From positions 1 to 32,052 of IMG/VR virus record IMGVR_UViG_3300011339_000208: a stretch of DNA of 32,052 nt. One strand, given 5' to 3'. Within the stretch, counting starts at the first letter, position 1. Each line of letters starts with the position of its first letter. Made by a program: the position numbers and the translations under genes. The notes below the pieces were generated by a model. The model was given only the letters and a program-made list of their open reading frames with translations, ran no database searches and was not told the origin of the DNA. The stretch comes from a virus (lineage: Duplodnaviria > Caudoviricetes). Below are positions 10,244-19,388 of the stretch, in pieces.

Positions 10244-11187
10244 GTTTCGCTTCCAATATTATTATTTGTCCAAGTGTCGCTAGATTCTGTAACTGGAGTC
10301 CATTGTTCTGATCCAGCAGTTACTAATGTCCATGTATCTGTACTTGGCGTAACGCCTGTCCAAGATTCTGATCCAGCAGTTTCATTTGTCCAATTATCAC
10401 CTAATCGGATTCCAGCGCATACTATTGATGCCGTAACATCTATCGTGCCATTTCCAGCATAGATAGCTCTTGCTTCTGCATCTACATAAGCCTCGCAAAC
10501 TACTGAGCCTTCTCCAACATATAAAACGCCTCCGTTAGCACTTACTAACGCATTTGCCTCTATTAATGCTTCTGCTGTTCTTTCTCGAATGGCATCTGCA
10601 CTAACTGTTCCACTTGCCTCAATTGCACCGACAGAAGTGCGTATCCGTATGCCAGTTGATTCTGCATCCGCTTGACAGTTGATAGTGCCTGTTCCTGAAA
10701 ATACTGCGACTGCTGCTGCAACAACGCTTGCTGATCCATTTATTTGTCCTTCGCCTACCGCTACCCTAGCTCCAGCAGCTACAACGCTTGCAGAGCCTTC
10801 TATTGATCCTGATGATGTTCTGATTGCATAAGCCTCAGACTCTACTTGAGCATTGCCAGTAATAACTGCTTCTGCCATTGCCACTCTAATGCCTTGGGCT
10901 ACGACTGTTGCATCGGCAGCAACAGCAGCCTCACCACTTCTTATGCGAGATCCGTCAGCGACCACATCTGCGCTTGCAGATATAGCAGCGCCTGGGAACT
11001 TAACGCATAAAGTAAGCCATACTGGGTCATCAAACGATACTGTAAGAGTGTCTAGATTCCCTAAAGAATCCATATCCTCTAATCGCCAACTACCGCATAC
11101 TTCGTCTACTTCCCAATTATGGTCAAACGAATATGGTACTTGCTCTAAAGTCCCGAACTGATCTAACTGTTCGAGTGTTAAAGCCAT
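10234..11187 (-). CDS. Repeat-rich structural protein (about ten 20-aa repeats and five 10-aa Trp-Thr repeats)
   Basis: 317 aa with visible periodicity (see findings). Start overlaps the upstream stop (TAATG) and the end overlaps the next gene. Confidence 0.65.
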   Translation of the reverse strand: MALTLEQLDQFGTLEQVPYSFDHNWEVDEVCGSWRLEDMDSLGNLDTLTVSFDDPVWLTLCVKFPGAAISASADVVADGSRIRSGEAAVAADATVVAQGIRVAMAEAVITGNAQVESEAYAIRTSSGSIEGSASVVAAGARVAVGEGQINGSASVVAAAVAVFSGTGTINCQADAESTGIRIRTSVGAIEASGTVSADAIRERTAEALIEANALVSANGGVLYVGEGSVVCEAYVDAEARAIYAGNGTIDVTASIVCAGIRLGDNWTNETAGSESWTGVTPSTDTWTLVTAGSEQWTPVTESSDTWTNNNIGSETWR

Positions 11188-11573
11188 TATGCCAATGTAA
11201 CAGTTAAGCTACCTGATGCAATCTTGAAAATATCGCCAGAATCAATGGTCTTTGATGTTGTCAAAGGTGTGTGATACAGCATATTGCCTGTAGTTAAAGC
11301 ATCCCAAATACCAATATGGGTAATTGTTCCCCATGATGCAGTAGCTTGGTCAAAGGTTACATCGGCAGAAGTCGCAGATACACCATTAGAAGGAGCTGCA
11401 AAAGTAGCTGATTTACGAGCATAAGATCCACCGCTAACTTCTGCTCCTGTACCAGCATCAGTAGGATCAGCAGTATGCAAACTAACATAAACTGTAGTTG
11501 GGGATGTATACGCTGTATTTCTCAAAGTTACATTGATTAGTGCATTTTCGAGGTAGTTTGACATTTCAGCCAT
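11187..11573 (-). CDS. Conserved small virion structural protein (tail/fibre-associated)
   Basis: 128 aa. The MSNYLENAL...YVSLHTADPTDAGTGAEVSGGSYAR...WGTITHIGIWDA...GNML pattern is common in phage structural modules. Confidence 0.65.
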   Translation of the reverse strand: MAEMSNYLENALINVTLRNTAYTSPTTVYVSLHTADPTDAGTGAEVSGGSYARKSATFAAPSNGVSATSADVTFDQATASWGTITHIGIWDALTTGNMLYHTPLTTSKTIDSGDIFKIASGSLTVTLA

Positions 11574-11582
11574 TTTGATTCC

Positions 11583-12203
11583 TTATCTAGAGGTAACACG
11601 CATTGTTAATGGAACACCTGAGTATTCCGAATTTTGATCTGAGTTGTTAATGTTTTGTATGGCTCTATTATATAAGTCTGCCCAGGTTGCTACCCGAGCA
11701 TCGTTAATAAGGTATGGCTCTGCTTCTAAAAGAGAAGCATATAACAAAGCATCAGGATAATTAGCCAAAAAGACATTAGAGCTAACGCTATCAGACATAG
11801 GCGTAGGTTTAGCAAAGTAAAGAACCTCCAATGTGTAGGCTGTATCAGGCTTTGGTGCAAACTCAAATTCAGAACCTAATACTGTATAGAATACTGGTAC
11901 ACCAGACTGATCTGCTCTAGCATCACGCATAAATGCGCTAGGAGATAAAAAAGTAACTGGCATACGAGGATTGCCTTGAGTGTAAATATTACGCATCTCT
12001 AGAAAATCAGAAGGTAATGCTACTTTGCCATCACCGCTAGTCATTGTTGCAGTAGCAGATGCTAACATTTTACGAGTACGCAAATCTCTTGATAAGCGTA
12101 ACTCTGCCAATGTAACAAATGTAGGAATCTTGCTAGTTAGGTCTGTACGGCCTAAATAATCAGCAATTTCCGTTTTTAAATTGGAATAGCTAGTGAATGA
12201 CAT
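11583..12203 (-). CDS. Head-to-tail adaptor (P22 gp4 / T7 gp11-like)
   Basis: 206 aa, with YSNLKTEIADYL, LPSDFLEMR and YPDALLYASLLEA motifs. Located between capsid and tail hub. Confidence 0.7.
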   Translation of the reverse strand: MSFTSYSNLKTEIADYLGRTDLTSKIPTFVTLAELRLSRDLRTRKMLASATATMTSGDGKVALPSDFLEMRNIYTQGNPRMPVTFLSPSAFMRDARADQSGVPVFYTVLGSEFEFAPKPDTAYTLEVLYFAKPTPMSDSVSSNVFLANYPDALLYASLLEAEPYLINDARVATWADLYNRAIQNINNSDQNSEYSGVPLTMRVTSR

Positions 12204-12211
12204 AATCGCCT

Positions 12212-12844
12212 TTAATCTTTACTGATGTTTTCCCAGCTATAAACATAGCTACCAATGTGTCTTATGCCTATAGATAAGTCGTGATCTACCCAAGTATCTA
12301 TACCAACATCTCTAGCTTTGACACAAAAATAAATATCCTCGCCCAAAATCTTTTCATTTGGCAATTGCTCAAAGTAGAAGTAAGGGCGCTCAATCTTCTT
12401 AAATACTGATGTCTTAATTAAAAGAACACCACATCCAATTCCATCTACCTTGCTAATACTTTTTAGCTTATTAGAATAGACATGAAGCCAGGTTATAGAA
12501 CCATCTTCGTTAATCTGTATATTCTTAGCCGTAGGAATTACAGGCTCAGAACGAGTTGTAGCGTTTACACCAACAATATCCTTGTTATGCGACATTAGGA
12601 TCTTTAAGGTATCTTTTGGGAACCTCATATCAGCATCTATAAATAATACATAGTCTGCTTTATTCTCTATTGCCGTTTTAACTAAGTTATTACGCTGGTC
12701 AAATATAAGCGTTCCAGCAGCCGTAAAGATGTCTAGATCGTGTTTAGAAGTCTTGACTGTGTAACCCACTAGCGCTGCTAAATCAAACGCTGTAGCCACC
12801 TCCATTTGACCCCTAGCTGGTATACAGATAGCAATTCTGCTCAT
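12212..12844 (-). CDS. GT-A fold glycosyltransferase (GT2-like)
   Basis: N-terminal IAICIP, RN..VK.A, DXD motif (LFIDADM), GCGVLLIKTSVF, GEDIYFC and a C-terminal H-I-G. No transmembrane segment. Confidence 0.85.
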   Translation of the reverse strand: MSRIAICIPARGQMEVATAFDLAALVGYTVKTSKHDLDIFTAAGTLIFDQRNNLVKTAIENKADYVLFIDADMRFPKDTLKILMSHNKDIVGVNATTRSEPVIPTAKNIQINEDGSITWLHVYSNKLKSISKVDGIGCGVLLIKTSVFKKIERPYFYFEQLPNEKILGEDIYFCVKARDVGIDTWVDHDLSIGIRHIGSYVYSWENISKD

Positions 12845-13170
12845 ACTGTACCCCCACGAGTACGAAACACCCTATTATCAGGATCATTTAGCCATCGTTT
12901 CATAGCTTTTTGATCCATGATGTAATAGCCTCGCATAATGCCTTTTACATTGAGTTCATTAATGATCTCTGTAGGCAAAGATGCAATCTTGTTCTTTCTG
13001 TCAATGGGATTATCGCCCCATCCAGTAATTCCGCTATTGTCGTTGAACTGAGCCTTTGTATGCTCTATAAAGTCTGTTAAATCGGTAGAGTGCTTAATAA
13101 TTAAGCCACCATCACCATCATCGTATGCAGTCCTTACAACGCCATTCTCTACATCTATAATCTTTTTCAA
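12841..13170 (-). CDS. Conserved phage hypothetical protein downstream of the capsid gene
   Basis: 109 aa. ATGA overlaps with both neighbours. C-terminal KRWLNDPDNRVFRT motif. Confidence 0.7.
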   Translation of the reverse strand: MKKIIDVENGVVRTAYDDGDGGLIIKHSTDLTDFIEHTKAQFNDNSGITGWGDNPIDRKNKIASLPTEIINELNVKGIMRGYYIMDQKAMKRWLNDPDNRVFRTRGGTV

Positions 13171-13865
13171 ATTCTAATCCACCTATCAGGAATCAAATCC
13201 GTTGTATCAAGGCCGTTAGTAAACCAATCTCTAGGAGCTACTACTGTATCTCCATCGGCTAACCATGCACCCCACCAGGCAAAACTACTATTCGCTATTA
13301 TATGATTTTTGAATGATGCCAGTAAAGCTAAATCTACAATTGCTGGATTGCCTTTTACAACTACATCTGCCCACTCTAGGTTTTGTTCGCACCAATCAGG
13401 ATCATCAGAAAATACTACAAAAGTAGCATCAGGAAATACCTCTCTGGCATCCCCATAATATTCTTCATCTAGATTGTGGAACACATCGCCAAGCGCTAAG
13501 TAATCTCCACGCCTAACGGATACTGCGACCATATCTGAATCAATGTCATGCTTTGGCAGTTTGAACTCATTTCTAATTTTGTCTGATATGTTTTGAAAAT
13601 ACTTTTCAGACTGCCAATAACCTAACATAGTCCCAGATTGGGATATTTCTTGAAATTTAAAGCCCTTTTCTAATATTGGCGTAGATATTTGTTGCGCTAT
13701 TTGTGCCGATATTGGGAAAGAACCTAATTCGTACTGCCTTTGCTTATGATGATTGTAGAAACTGTTGTCAATAAACAACGCTTCTTTTAATCGTTTTGCT
13801 ACCCCTAGTCCAGAAGCATACTGGAACATTTGGTTGCCTAGGCCACCTTGAAGGTAAGTAATCAT
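13167..13865 (-). CDS. Alpha-1,2-fucosyltransferase-family glycosyltransferase (GT11)
   Basis: LQGGLGNQMFQYA, GYWQSEKYF, VRRGDY, FSDDPDWC and HIIANSSFAWWGAWL are hallmark GT11 motifs. Confidence 0.9.
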   Translation of the reverse strand: MITYLQGGLGNQMFQYASGLGVAKRLKEALFIDNSFYNHHKQRQYELGSFPISAQIAQQISTPILEKGFKFQEISQSGTMLGYWQSEKYFQNISDKIRNEFKLPKHDIDSDMVAVSVRRGDYLALGDVFHNLDEEYYGDAREVFPDATFVVFSDDPDWCEQNLEWADVVVKGNPAIVDLALLASFKNHIIANSSFAWWGAWLADGDTVVAPRDWFTNGLDTTDLIPDRWIRI

Positions 13866-13867
13866 AG

Positions 13868-13893
13868 AAAAAGGGCTGAGTTATCCCAGCCCT
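13868..13893 (-). terminator. Rho-independent terminator after the major capsid gene
   Basis: Minus strand AGGGCTGGG-ATAA-CTCAGCCCT (9-bp stem with one G-U pair) followed by TTTTCT. Confidence 0.8.
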
Positions 13894-13914
13894 AATTCTA
13901 CTTAAAACTACTAC

Positions 13915-14862
13915 TTATGACAAGTCAAATGCACCGCCATGAGCAGCTTCGTTACGAACTTCGAGTGTCAATTCTGCCAAGATTTGTGTCTTGTCAGCAT
14001 CGCCAACTTTTGCCAATTCGTTTGTTTGGAATGGGCGCAAGTATGCCAAAGCTGCATACTCTGGATCGAGTACGAGGGCATCACGAGTACGCATAAAGCG
14101 GTTTGGAACGATCTGCAATACACCGAAATCAGATTGATACAAGTCAGCGCCAGCTAGGATAGTAGCTTGACCGCTTGTAGGAACTTGATAACGCTGTGCT
14201 GATAGACCAGTAAAGCCACTAACTACTTGCTTGAGAGCTGGGCTAACAAACAAAGTTGTAGGTGTACCACCTGATGTAAACACTTTAGAGATAACATCTT
14301 TGAGGATGGTTTCTGTGAAAGTGCGAGTTGTACCATCAGTACGAGTAGAAACACCGATAGTTGTTGGATCTGCACCAGCAGTTGTACCAGAACCTTCGTT
14401 GGTATTGGTCTTGATGTAAGACAGGAGTGAACCCATTTTACGAGCAGTAGAACCGCTTGAACCAGCAGATTGACCTTGGTTAGCTGTGATGATTGCTTCG
14501 ATATCACGCTTGATTTCAGCAGATGCTTTAGCCAATTGATAAGCCTTTTCAGACTTACGACCAGCTTTGTCTACTGCTTCCAAAGTACCAGAGATCATTA
14601 CTGTCTTGCCAACGATCTGTGTGTAGTTGCCTAAACGAGTTGTTGGTGAGAGAGTAGCCTCAGATGCAGATGCACCTTCAACTAATGCGTTTGAAGTAGT
14701 AGCTGCTGCAAGAGCATCAGTCTGCCACTCATGGTAAACACCAGTAGCCTTAGTCTTGCCAATAGATGACATGATTGGGGTATCGGTAGGGGAAATGTCA
14801 TAAATAACATTTGTTAAATCTTCTCTAGCGCCAACTGCGCTATAACGATCATAAGCTGCCAT
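13915..14862 (-). CDS. Major capsid protein (DUF5309 / SU10-like HK97 fold)
   Basis: 315 aa with REDL..VIYDISPTDTP, HEWQTD.L, NYTQI, YQSDFG and ELTLEVRNEAAHG. Follows the scaffold, has an AAAGGAA RBS and is followed by a terminator. Confidence 0.9.
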   Translation of the reverse strand: MAAYDRYSAVGAREDLTNVIYDISPTDTPIMSSIGKTKATGVYHEWQTDALAAATTSNALVEGASASEATLSPTTRLGNYTQIVGKTVMISGTLEAVDKAGRKSEKAYQLAKASAEIKRDIEAIITANQGQSAGSSGSTARKMGSLLSYIKTNTNEGSGTTAGADPTTIGVSTRTDGTTRTFTETILKDVISKVFTSGGTPTTLFVSPALKQVVSGFTGLSAQRYQVPTSGQATILAGADLYQSDFGVLQIVPNRFMRTRDALVLDPEYAALAYLRPFQTNELAKVGDADKTQILAELTLEVRNEAAHGGAFDLS

Positions 14863-14878
14863 GATTTAATTCCTTTAA

Positions 14879-15856
14879 TTATAAAAATCGTTCAAATAAC
14901 TTAGCTGCATCACGCTTGTTGCCTGTTTTGCGTAACTGAGCAAAGTCTTTCTTTTGTGCTTCTTGTTCGGAACTCTGCGGATTAGATGTTCCTGGTTTGA
15001 GTGTTTTAGGCGCTGACGCTACCTTTTTGGTTGCACCAGCTTTACCAGCTACCAGCTTCTCATACTGCATAGCCTTATAGAGCGTTTGTACAGCACGACT
15101 GTCATAAACCTGAGAAAGCTCTTGGTCAGAGAACCCAATGGATTTTGCGTAGCTACGAATATCCCTACGGATTACTTCTGCCTTGGCTTCATCCTTAAAT
15201 TCTGGGATGGCGCTCTTTAGCTTTTCTTGCTCAGATTGGATGTGCTGATGCAAGCGCTGTCCTTGTAGAGCTTGTTGTTCTTGTGAAACACGCTGGCGCT
15301 CTGCTTGAACTGCTTGTAACTGCTTATCCCTTTCGCTACGCTCTGCTACCTTAATTGCATAAGCAATAGGGTCTGAATCCTTCAATTCCTGTAGGTTTTC
15401 AGTATCCTGTGTGCTTAACAACTGTTCGATAACTTGGAGTCGTTGGGCGTAAATATCTCTAGTCTTTGCTGCTTCATCAATCTTTACTCGCTCTGCTTCC
15501 ACAGATTTGCGTTGTTCCGCTAAAGATTGAGTCTTTTTCTGATAGTCAGCAGTCCTACTGTAGCCATTCAAAAGCTCATCAAGGCTTACCTCCAATTCTT
15601 CACCATTAGCTTTCACTCGGTATTTTGGAGATTCCTCTACTGCTTCTTCCTGATCTTCAGTTTCTTCCGCACTTACATCTGATTCCTCGCTTTGTGGTTC
15701 ATCATAGCTAGTTTCCTCGCTATCTGAATCATCTGCACGAACCTCTGGGTCAGCTTGCGCTTCCTCGGTTTGTGGGTCAAGAATAGACATAAATGCGTTA
15801 GCTGCACCGCCTATCGTGTTATCTACACTCCCTTGTGGGTTGGTGTTTTCGCTCAT
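14879..15856 (-). CDS. Capsid scaffolding protein
   Basis: Acidic disordered N-terminus, VKANGEELEVSLDELLNGYSRTADYQKKTQ motif, coiled coil and a basic C-terminal helix. Directly upstream of the capsid gene. Confidence 0.85.
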   Translation of the reverse strand: MSENTNPQGSVDNTIGGAANAFMSILDPQTEEAQADPEVRADDSDSEETSYDEPQSEESDVSAEETEDQEEAVEESPKYRVKANGEELEVSLDELLNGYSRTADYQKKTQSLAEQRKSVEAERVKIDEAAKTRDIYAQRLQVIEQLLSTQDTENLQELKDSDPIAYAIKVAERSERDKQLQAVQAERQRVSQEQQALQGQRLHQHIQSEQEKLKSAIPEFKDEAKAEVIRRDIRSYAKSIGFSDQELSQVYDSRAVQTLYKAMQYEKLVAGKAGATKKVASAPKTLKPGTSNPQSSEQEAQKKDFAQLRKTGNKRDAAKLFERFL

Positions 15857-15876
15857 GTTTTACCTTTTATGGGTAG

Positions 15877-16107
15877 TTAAAAAACCTTAAATCGCTTCTT
15901 GTCGATTTCTTCCTGTTGCAAGATTGATCGTAAAGATGCTTCAAAATCTTCCATAGCTCTTAGTTTTACTAAGGCTCTTTCTCTGCCATCTACATCATGC
16001 TCTGGCGAGTTAAATACATAAGACTTATACAAGTTCTTTTGAGCCTCTAACAACTCTACAAAGAACTCATCGTTTAAATAATTTCTTACTCGTTCTGCTC
16101 TATTCAT
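15877..16107 (-). CDS. Small hypothetical protein between portal and scaffold
   Basis: 76 aa, likely helical, TAATG-coupled to the portal. Confidence 0.7.
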   Translation of the reverse strand: MNRAERVRNYLNDEFFVELLEAQKNLYKSYVFNSPEHDVDGRERALVKLRAMEDFEASLRSILQQEEIDKKRFKVF

Positions 16108-18134
16108 TACATTCCTCTAGCAATCTCAGCAGCCTTTAATCTTGTATCAGCCTGTAGTTCAGCAGACTTCAATTCAATTTGAGCAGCAGCTTTATCTCTT
16201 GCTAATTGGATCTCAGCAGCAGCCTTTTCTCTAGCTAACTGAATATCTGCTTGAGCCTTAAGCTGATCTCCTTGGATTTGAGCCTGTATCTTAGCTTGAT
16301 CTCCTTGGATCTGAGCCTGAGTCTGAGCCATATAAGCCTGTACTGCTGGATCCATTGGAGCTTGCTGTGGAGGTTGAGGCTGTGAAATAGCAGCATCCAA
16401 CTCAGGGCTAATTTCTTTAAAGAACTCGTTTGAGTCTTTGAAACCAGCAGCTTCAATAAAGCGACCAAGAGTATTGCGATACTGACCTACTGTTACTAAC
16501 GGATTAGCAAAGCCTTGGGTAGACAAGATCTGTTCTTGTTTTTGCAGAACCATTGCAGCCATAGCCATTTGCTGATCTTTATTGCCAGTACCTAAACCAA
16601 CATTGATAGACACATCGTAGTTAGTTTTCCAGTTACGAGGATCTACATTGACATACTTGCCACGCAAACGCAGCACACGCTCTTTGTCTTGGTATTTGCA
16701 TAACAAGTGGAAAATACCAGCAAACAAGTCTTTTACGCCTGTATCAGCAAAGATACGAGCAATCATTTCTAAACGACCTGATCCAGCTTGTTGCATTGCT
16801 GCAATTGCTGTAGCAGTTGTGTTTTGTAGAATGTTTGCATCTAAGCCCTGGCTAGTTTGTGTAACGCCAGAACGCTTTTGTAGCACTTGATCCATGTAGT
16901 CAAGCATTGGGAACGACTGAGCAGCAGTAGGAGGAACAGTCAAAGCCTGTACTGCGCCTTGGGACTTCATACGCACCACTCCATTAGGAGCAACGGTTAA
17001 GAGGTCATCCATGTTGACTTGACCATCAATAGCTGTCATACGAGGCATATTGGTTAAGTACAAGTTATCCAAGATCTGACGAGTAATCGTAGACTTAATT
17101 AACTGGATGTCCATTGCACGATCAGCCAAGGACTGACCAAAGAACTTGTGTGGCATTGGGATTGGGCAGATAGAAGCAAACGGAACATGATCCACTTCTT
17201 CTTGATCTAGAATCTCAGTCATGCCAGCATAGGTTACCTTTAGCAACTCAGCCATGCCATCTCCATCCACATCGGTACGGATATAGCACTCGAACACTTC
17301 AATGTCTTGCATTGAGAAGTCTAATGATTGAGTTTCATCAGGCATCTCACCACGCTCATAGCGAGCAATACGCTCTGGAGAATATGTCAAATCGCTATAA
17401 GATGGCAGATTATCTACAACATCTTTCTTATATCCAGCAGCAATTAAATCTGATCTAGACATCATTACACGATGGGCGCAAAAACTAGCGTTTTTAATAT
17501 CTTTATCACGCTTGGAGATTAAGAACTCCTCTGGAGGAACGCACTCAATCTTGACTCGACCAGCTTCTTTTTTCTTCTTAATAGTTACATCGTAAGCCAT
17601 CAAAGGCATACCCATTGGGTCTACGCCTACTGGAGTAATCTCCTGGCTAATCACTTCCATTTGCCCATCTGAGAGCAATAGGGTTAATTCATCTGCGTTT
17701 AGATTCTTATACTTTTCCTTGATAGGATCTTCGCTATCTTCCCACCAATATTTAACAATGCCGTTCTTTTGCAATAGCGCATCTTTAAACCAGTTGTGCA
17801 TTAAGATAACGCCATCGTTATCGTTAAAGAACACTAGGTTGCAATAATCGGTAGCTTGTTTAGCGCCTTCTTCATCGCCCATACCTTTAGGCTCAAAGCG
17901 TACCAACTCATCTGATTGAGTAAAGATACGCAGTAATTGTGGCAATGCACCATCAACTACTTCTGCTACTTCGCCAGTAACAATAGATGAACGACCTTCT
18001 ACCTCATTGCCGTATGGCTCACGATTGTAGTAGGTCAAAGCCTTTCTACGAGCCTCACTTGTTTCGGTATCTACAAAGCCAATAGAGTTCTCTATCTCGC
18101 TATCTAATATACCTTTTAACTTATTGTCATCCAT
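16107..18134 (-). CDS. Portal protein (P22-like)
   Basis: 675 aa with KDALLQKNGIVK, VPPEEFLI and PMPHKFFGQS motifs and a Gln/Ala-rich C-terminal coiled coil. Directly downstream of TerL. Confidence 0.9.
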   Translation of the reverse strand: MDDNKLKGILDSEIENSIGFVDTETSEARRKALTYYNREPYGNEVEGRSSIVTGEVAEVVDGALPQLLRIFTQSDELVRFEPKGMGDEEGAKQATDYCNLVFFNDNDGVILMHNWFKDALLQKNGIVKYWWEDSEDPIKEKYKNLNADELTLLLSDGQMEVISQEITPVGVDPMGMPLMAYDVTIKKKKEAGRVKIECVPPEEFLISKRDKDIKNASFCAHRVMMSRSDLIAAGYKKDVVDNLPSYSDLTYSPERIARYERGEMPDETQSLDFSMQDIEVFECYIRTDVDGDGMAELLKVTYAGMTEILDQEEVDHVPFASICPIPMPHKFFGQSLADRAMDIQLIKSTITRQILDNLYLTNMPRMTAIDGQVNMDDLLTVAPNGVVRMKSQGAVQALTVPPTAAQSFPMLDYMDQVLQKRSGVTQTSQGLDANILQNTTATAIAAMQQAGSGRLEMIARIFADTGVKDLFAGIFHLLCKYQDKERVLRLRGKYVNVDPRNWKTNYDVSINVGLGTGNKDQQMAMAAMVLQKQEQILSTQGFANPLVTVGQYRNTLGRFIEAAGFKDSNEFFKEISPELDAAISQPQPPQQAPMDPAVQAYMAQTQAQIQGDQAKIQAQIQGDQLKAQADIQLAREKAAAEIQLARDKAAAQIELKSAELQADTRLKAAEIARGM

Positions 18135-19388
18135 TTATACGATCCATGAAGTTTTAACATCTAATGCCTTATCCCAGGTATAAGGCTTCTCGTCTAACCC
18201 TACAGCCACATATCTCCACGCATCCGCAGCATGGGAATTTTGGTCATGTAAAGGCTTGTCGCTGAACATCTTTGTATCAGGATCTACAGCATAACGATAA
18301 TGTCGCAATGCTTGTAGTCCTTCTGCACATTTGTTTTGATCGAAATAACAACGATTCATTAACATACGAGCAGCATTAATACCATCGGCAATACTCAGTT
18401 TAGGAGTGATCCTAACTGGTAATCCCATTGCTTCAATAATCTCTTTCGTACTGCGCCCTGTCATATTCTTATGCTCTGCATCGTGTGGCAGCCAATGATC
18501 TCTATAAGTGTAGCCCTTTTCTTTTAATAGGGTTACATAGAAATCTATAGTCTTTTGACAGTCTTGGTAAAAATCTATGATCCTTACCTCGCCACCTGGC
18601 AATGTCTGTACAAACCAAATGCTCGTCATATCCGACCAGCCCAAATCCCAGAATGTAGAAACCAAAATAGCTTTATCTACAGGAACATCTTTGATTCGCT
18701 GTTCTTCCATTGCTTTACGCAATTCTTTAGCATATACAGCGCCATCTAATACTTGTCTTGTATTGCCTTCCCATACATTGAGATAGGCATCCATATCTCT
18801 TGCTTTGAGATCTTCCATCTCTGTTCTGAGTACCTTTGGAAACCAAGGATTGTCAGACCAGTTTACTTTTACTACCTTTGCGTAGCTAGGAGGATGAGCT
18901 ACAAATCGCTTGTAGGTTTCATCTGTATCTAGCTCTGGGTTAAATGTAACCCATATCTCTGATTCTTCTTTACGGATCGTAGGAATCAATACATCCCAGC
19001 TTGTCTTAGATGTAGTCTGAGCTTCTTCTACCCAAGCTATGTCTACACCCTCAAATGACTTAATTTTTGTTATGTTGTGCTTTAAACCAGCAAATAGGAA
19101 CTCTGTCCCATTCGTACCAAAGATACTGGTGTTTTGTACAGTATAGAAGTCCTCTAAGCCCATAGACTTGATCTGATCTGCTAACAAAGCATGAACAGAG
19201 TCTGAGATAGAGTTCTGAAACTCTCTAGCGCATAGCACTCTGAGCTTTTTCATCCTACCTAATACCAATAGAACCCTGGCAACAGTCCAAGACTTAGAGC
19301 TGCCTCGCCCACCATAGACAATCTTCATTCTATGGGGTTCTAGCAAACACTCTAACTTCTCAGGGATCTCAATACTAAACTTTGTCAT
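18135..19388 (-). CDS. terL: Terminase large subunit (PBSX/XtmB-type)
   Basis: Walker A YGGRGSSKS, CAREFQNSI.DSV, Walker B AWVEEAQ, TFNP coupling motif, and nuclease motifs WDLG and SHAADAWRY. Confidence 0.95.
   Translation of the reverse strand: MTKFSIEIPEKLECLLEPHRMKIVYGGRGSSKSWTVARVLLVLGRMKKLRVLCAREFQNSISDSVHALLADQIKSMGLEDFYTVQNTSIFGTNGTEFLFAGLKHNITKIKSFEGVDIAWVEEAQTTSKTSWDVLIPTIRKEESEIWVTFNPELDTDETYKRFVAHPPSYAKVVKVNWSDNPWFPKVLRTEMEDLKARDMDAYLNVWEGNTRQVLDGAVYAKELRKAMEEQRIKDVPVDKAILVSTFWDLGWSDMTSIWFVQTLPGGEVRIIDFYQDCQKTIDFYVTLLKEKGYTYRDHWLPHDAEHKNMTGRSTKEIIEAMGLPVRITPKLSIADGINAARMLMNRCYFDQNKCAEGLQALRHYRYAVDPDTKMFSDKPLHDQNSHAADAWRYVAVGLDEKPYTWDKALDVKTSWIV

Noticed and set aside
10261-10390. 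Regularly spaced DNA repeats resembling a CRISPR array
   Set aside because: The 30/60-bp period is in frame, degenerate at codon positions and explained by the Trp-Thr protein repeats. No cas genes are present.
13894-13920. Programmed frameshift or read-through extending the capsid protein into GT11
   Set aside because: No obvious slippery sequence at the capsid end, the stop is TAA, and a terminator hairpin intervenes.
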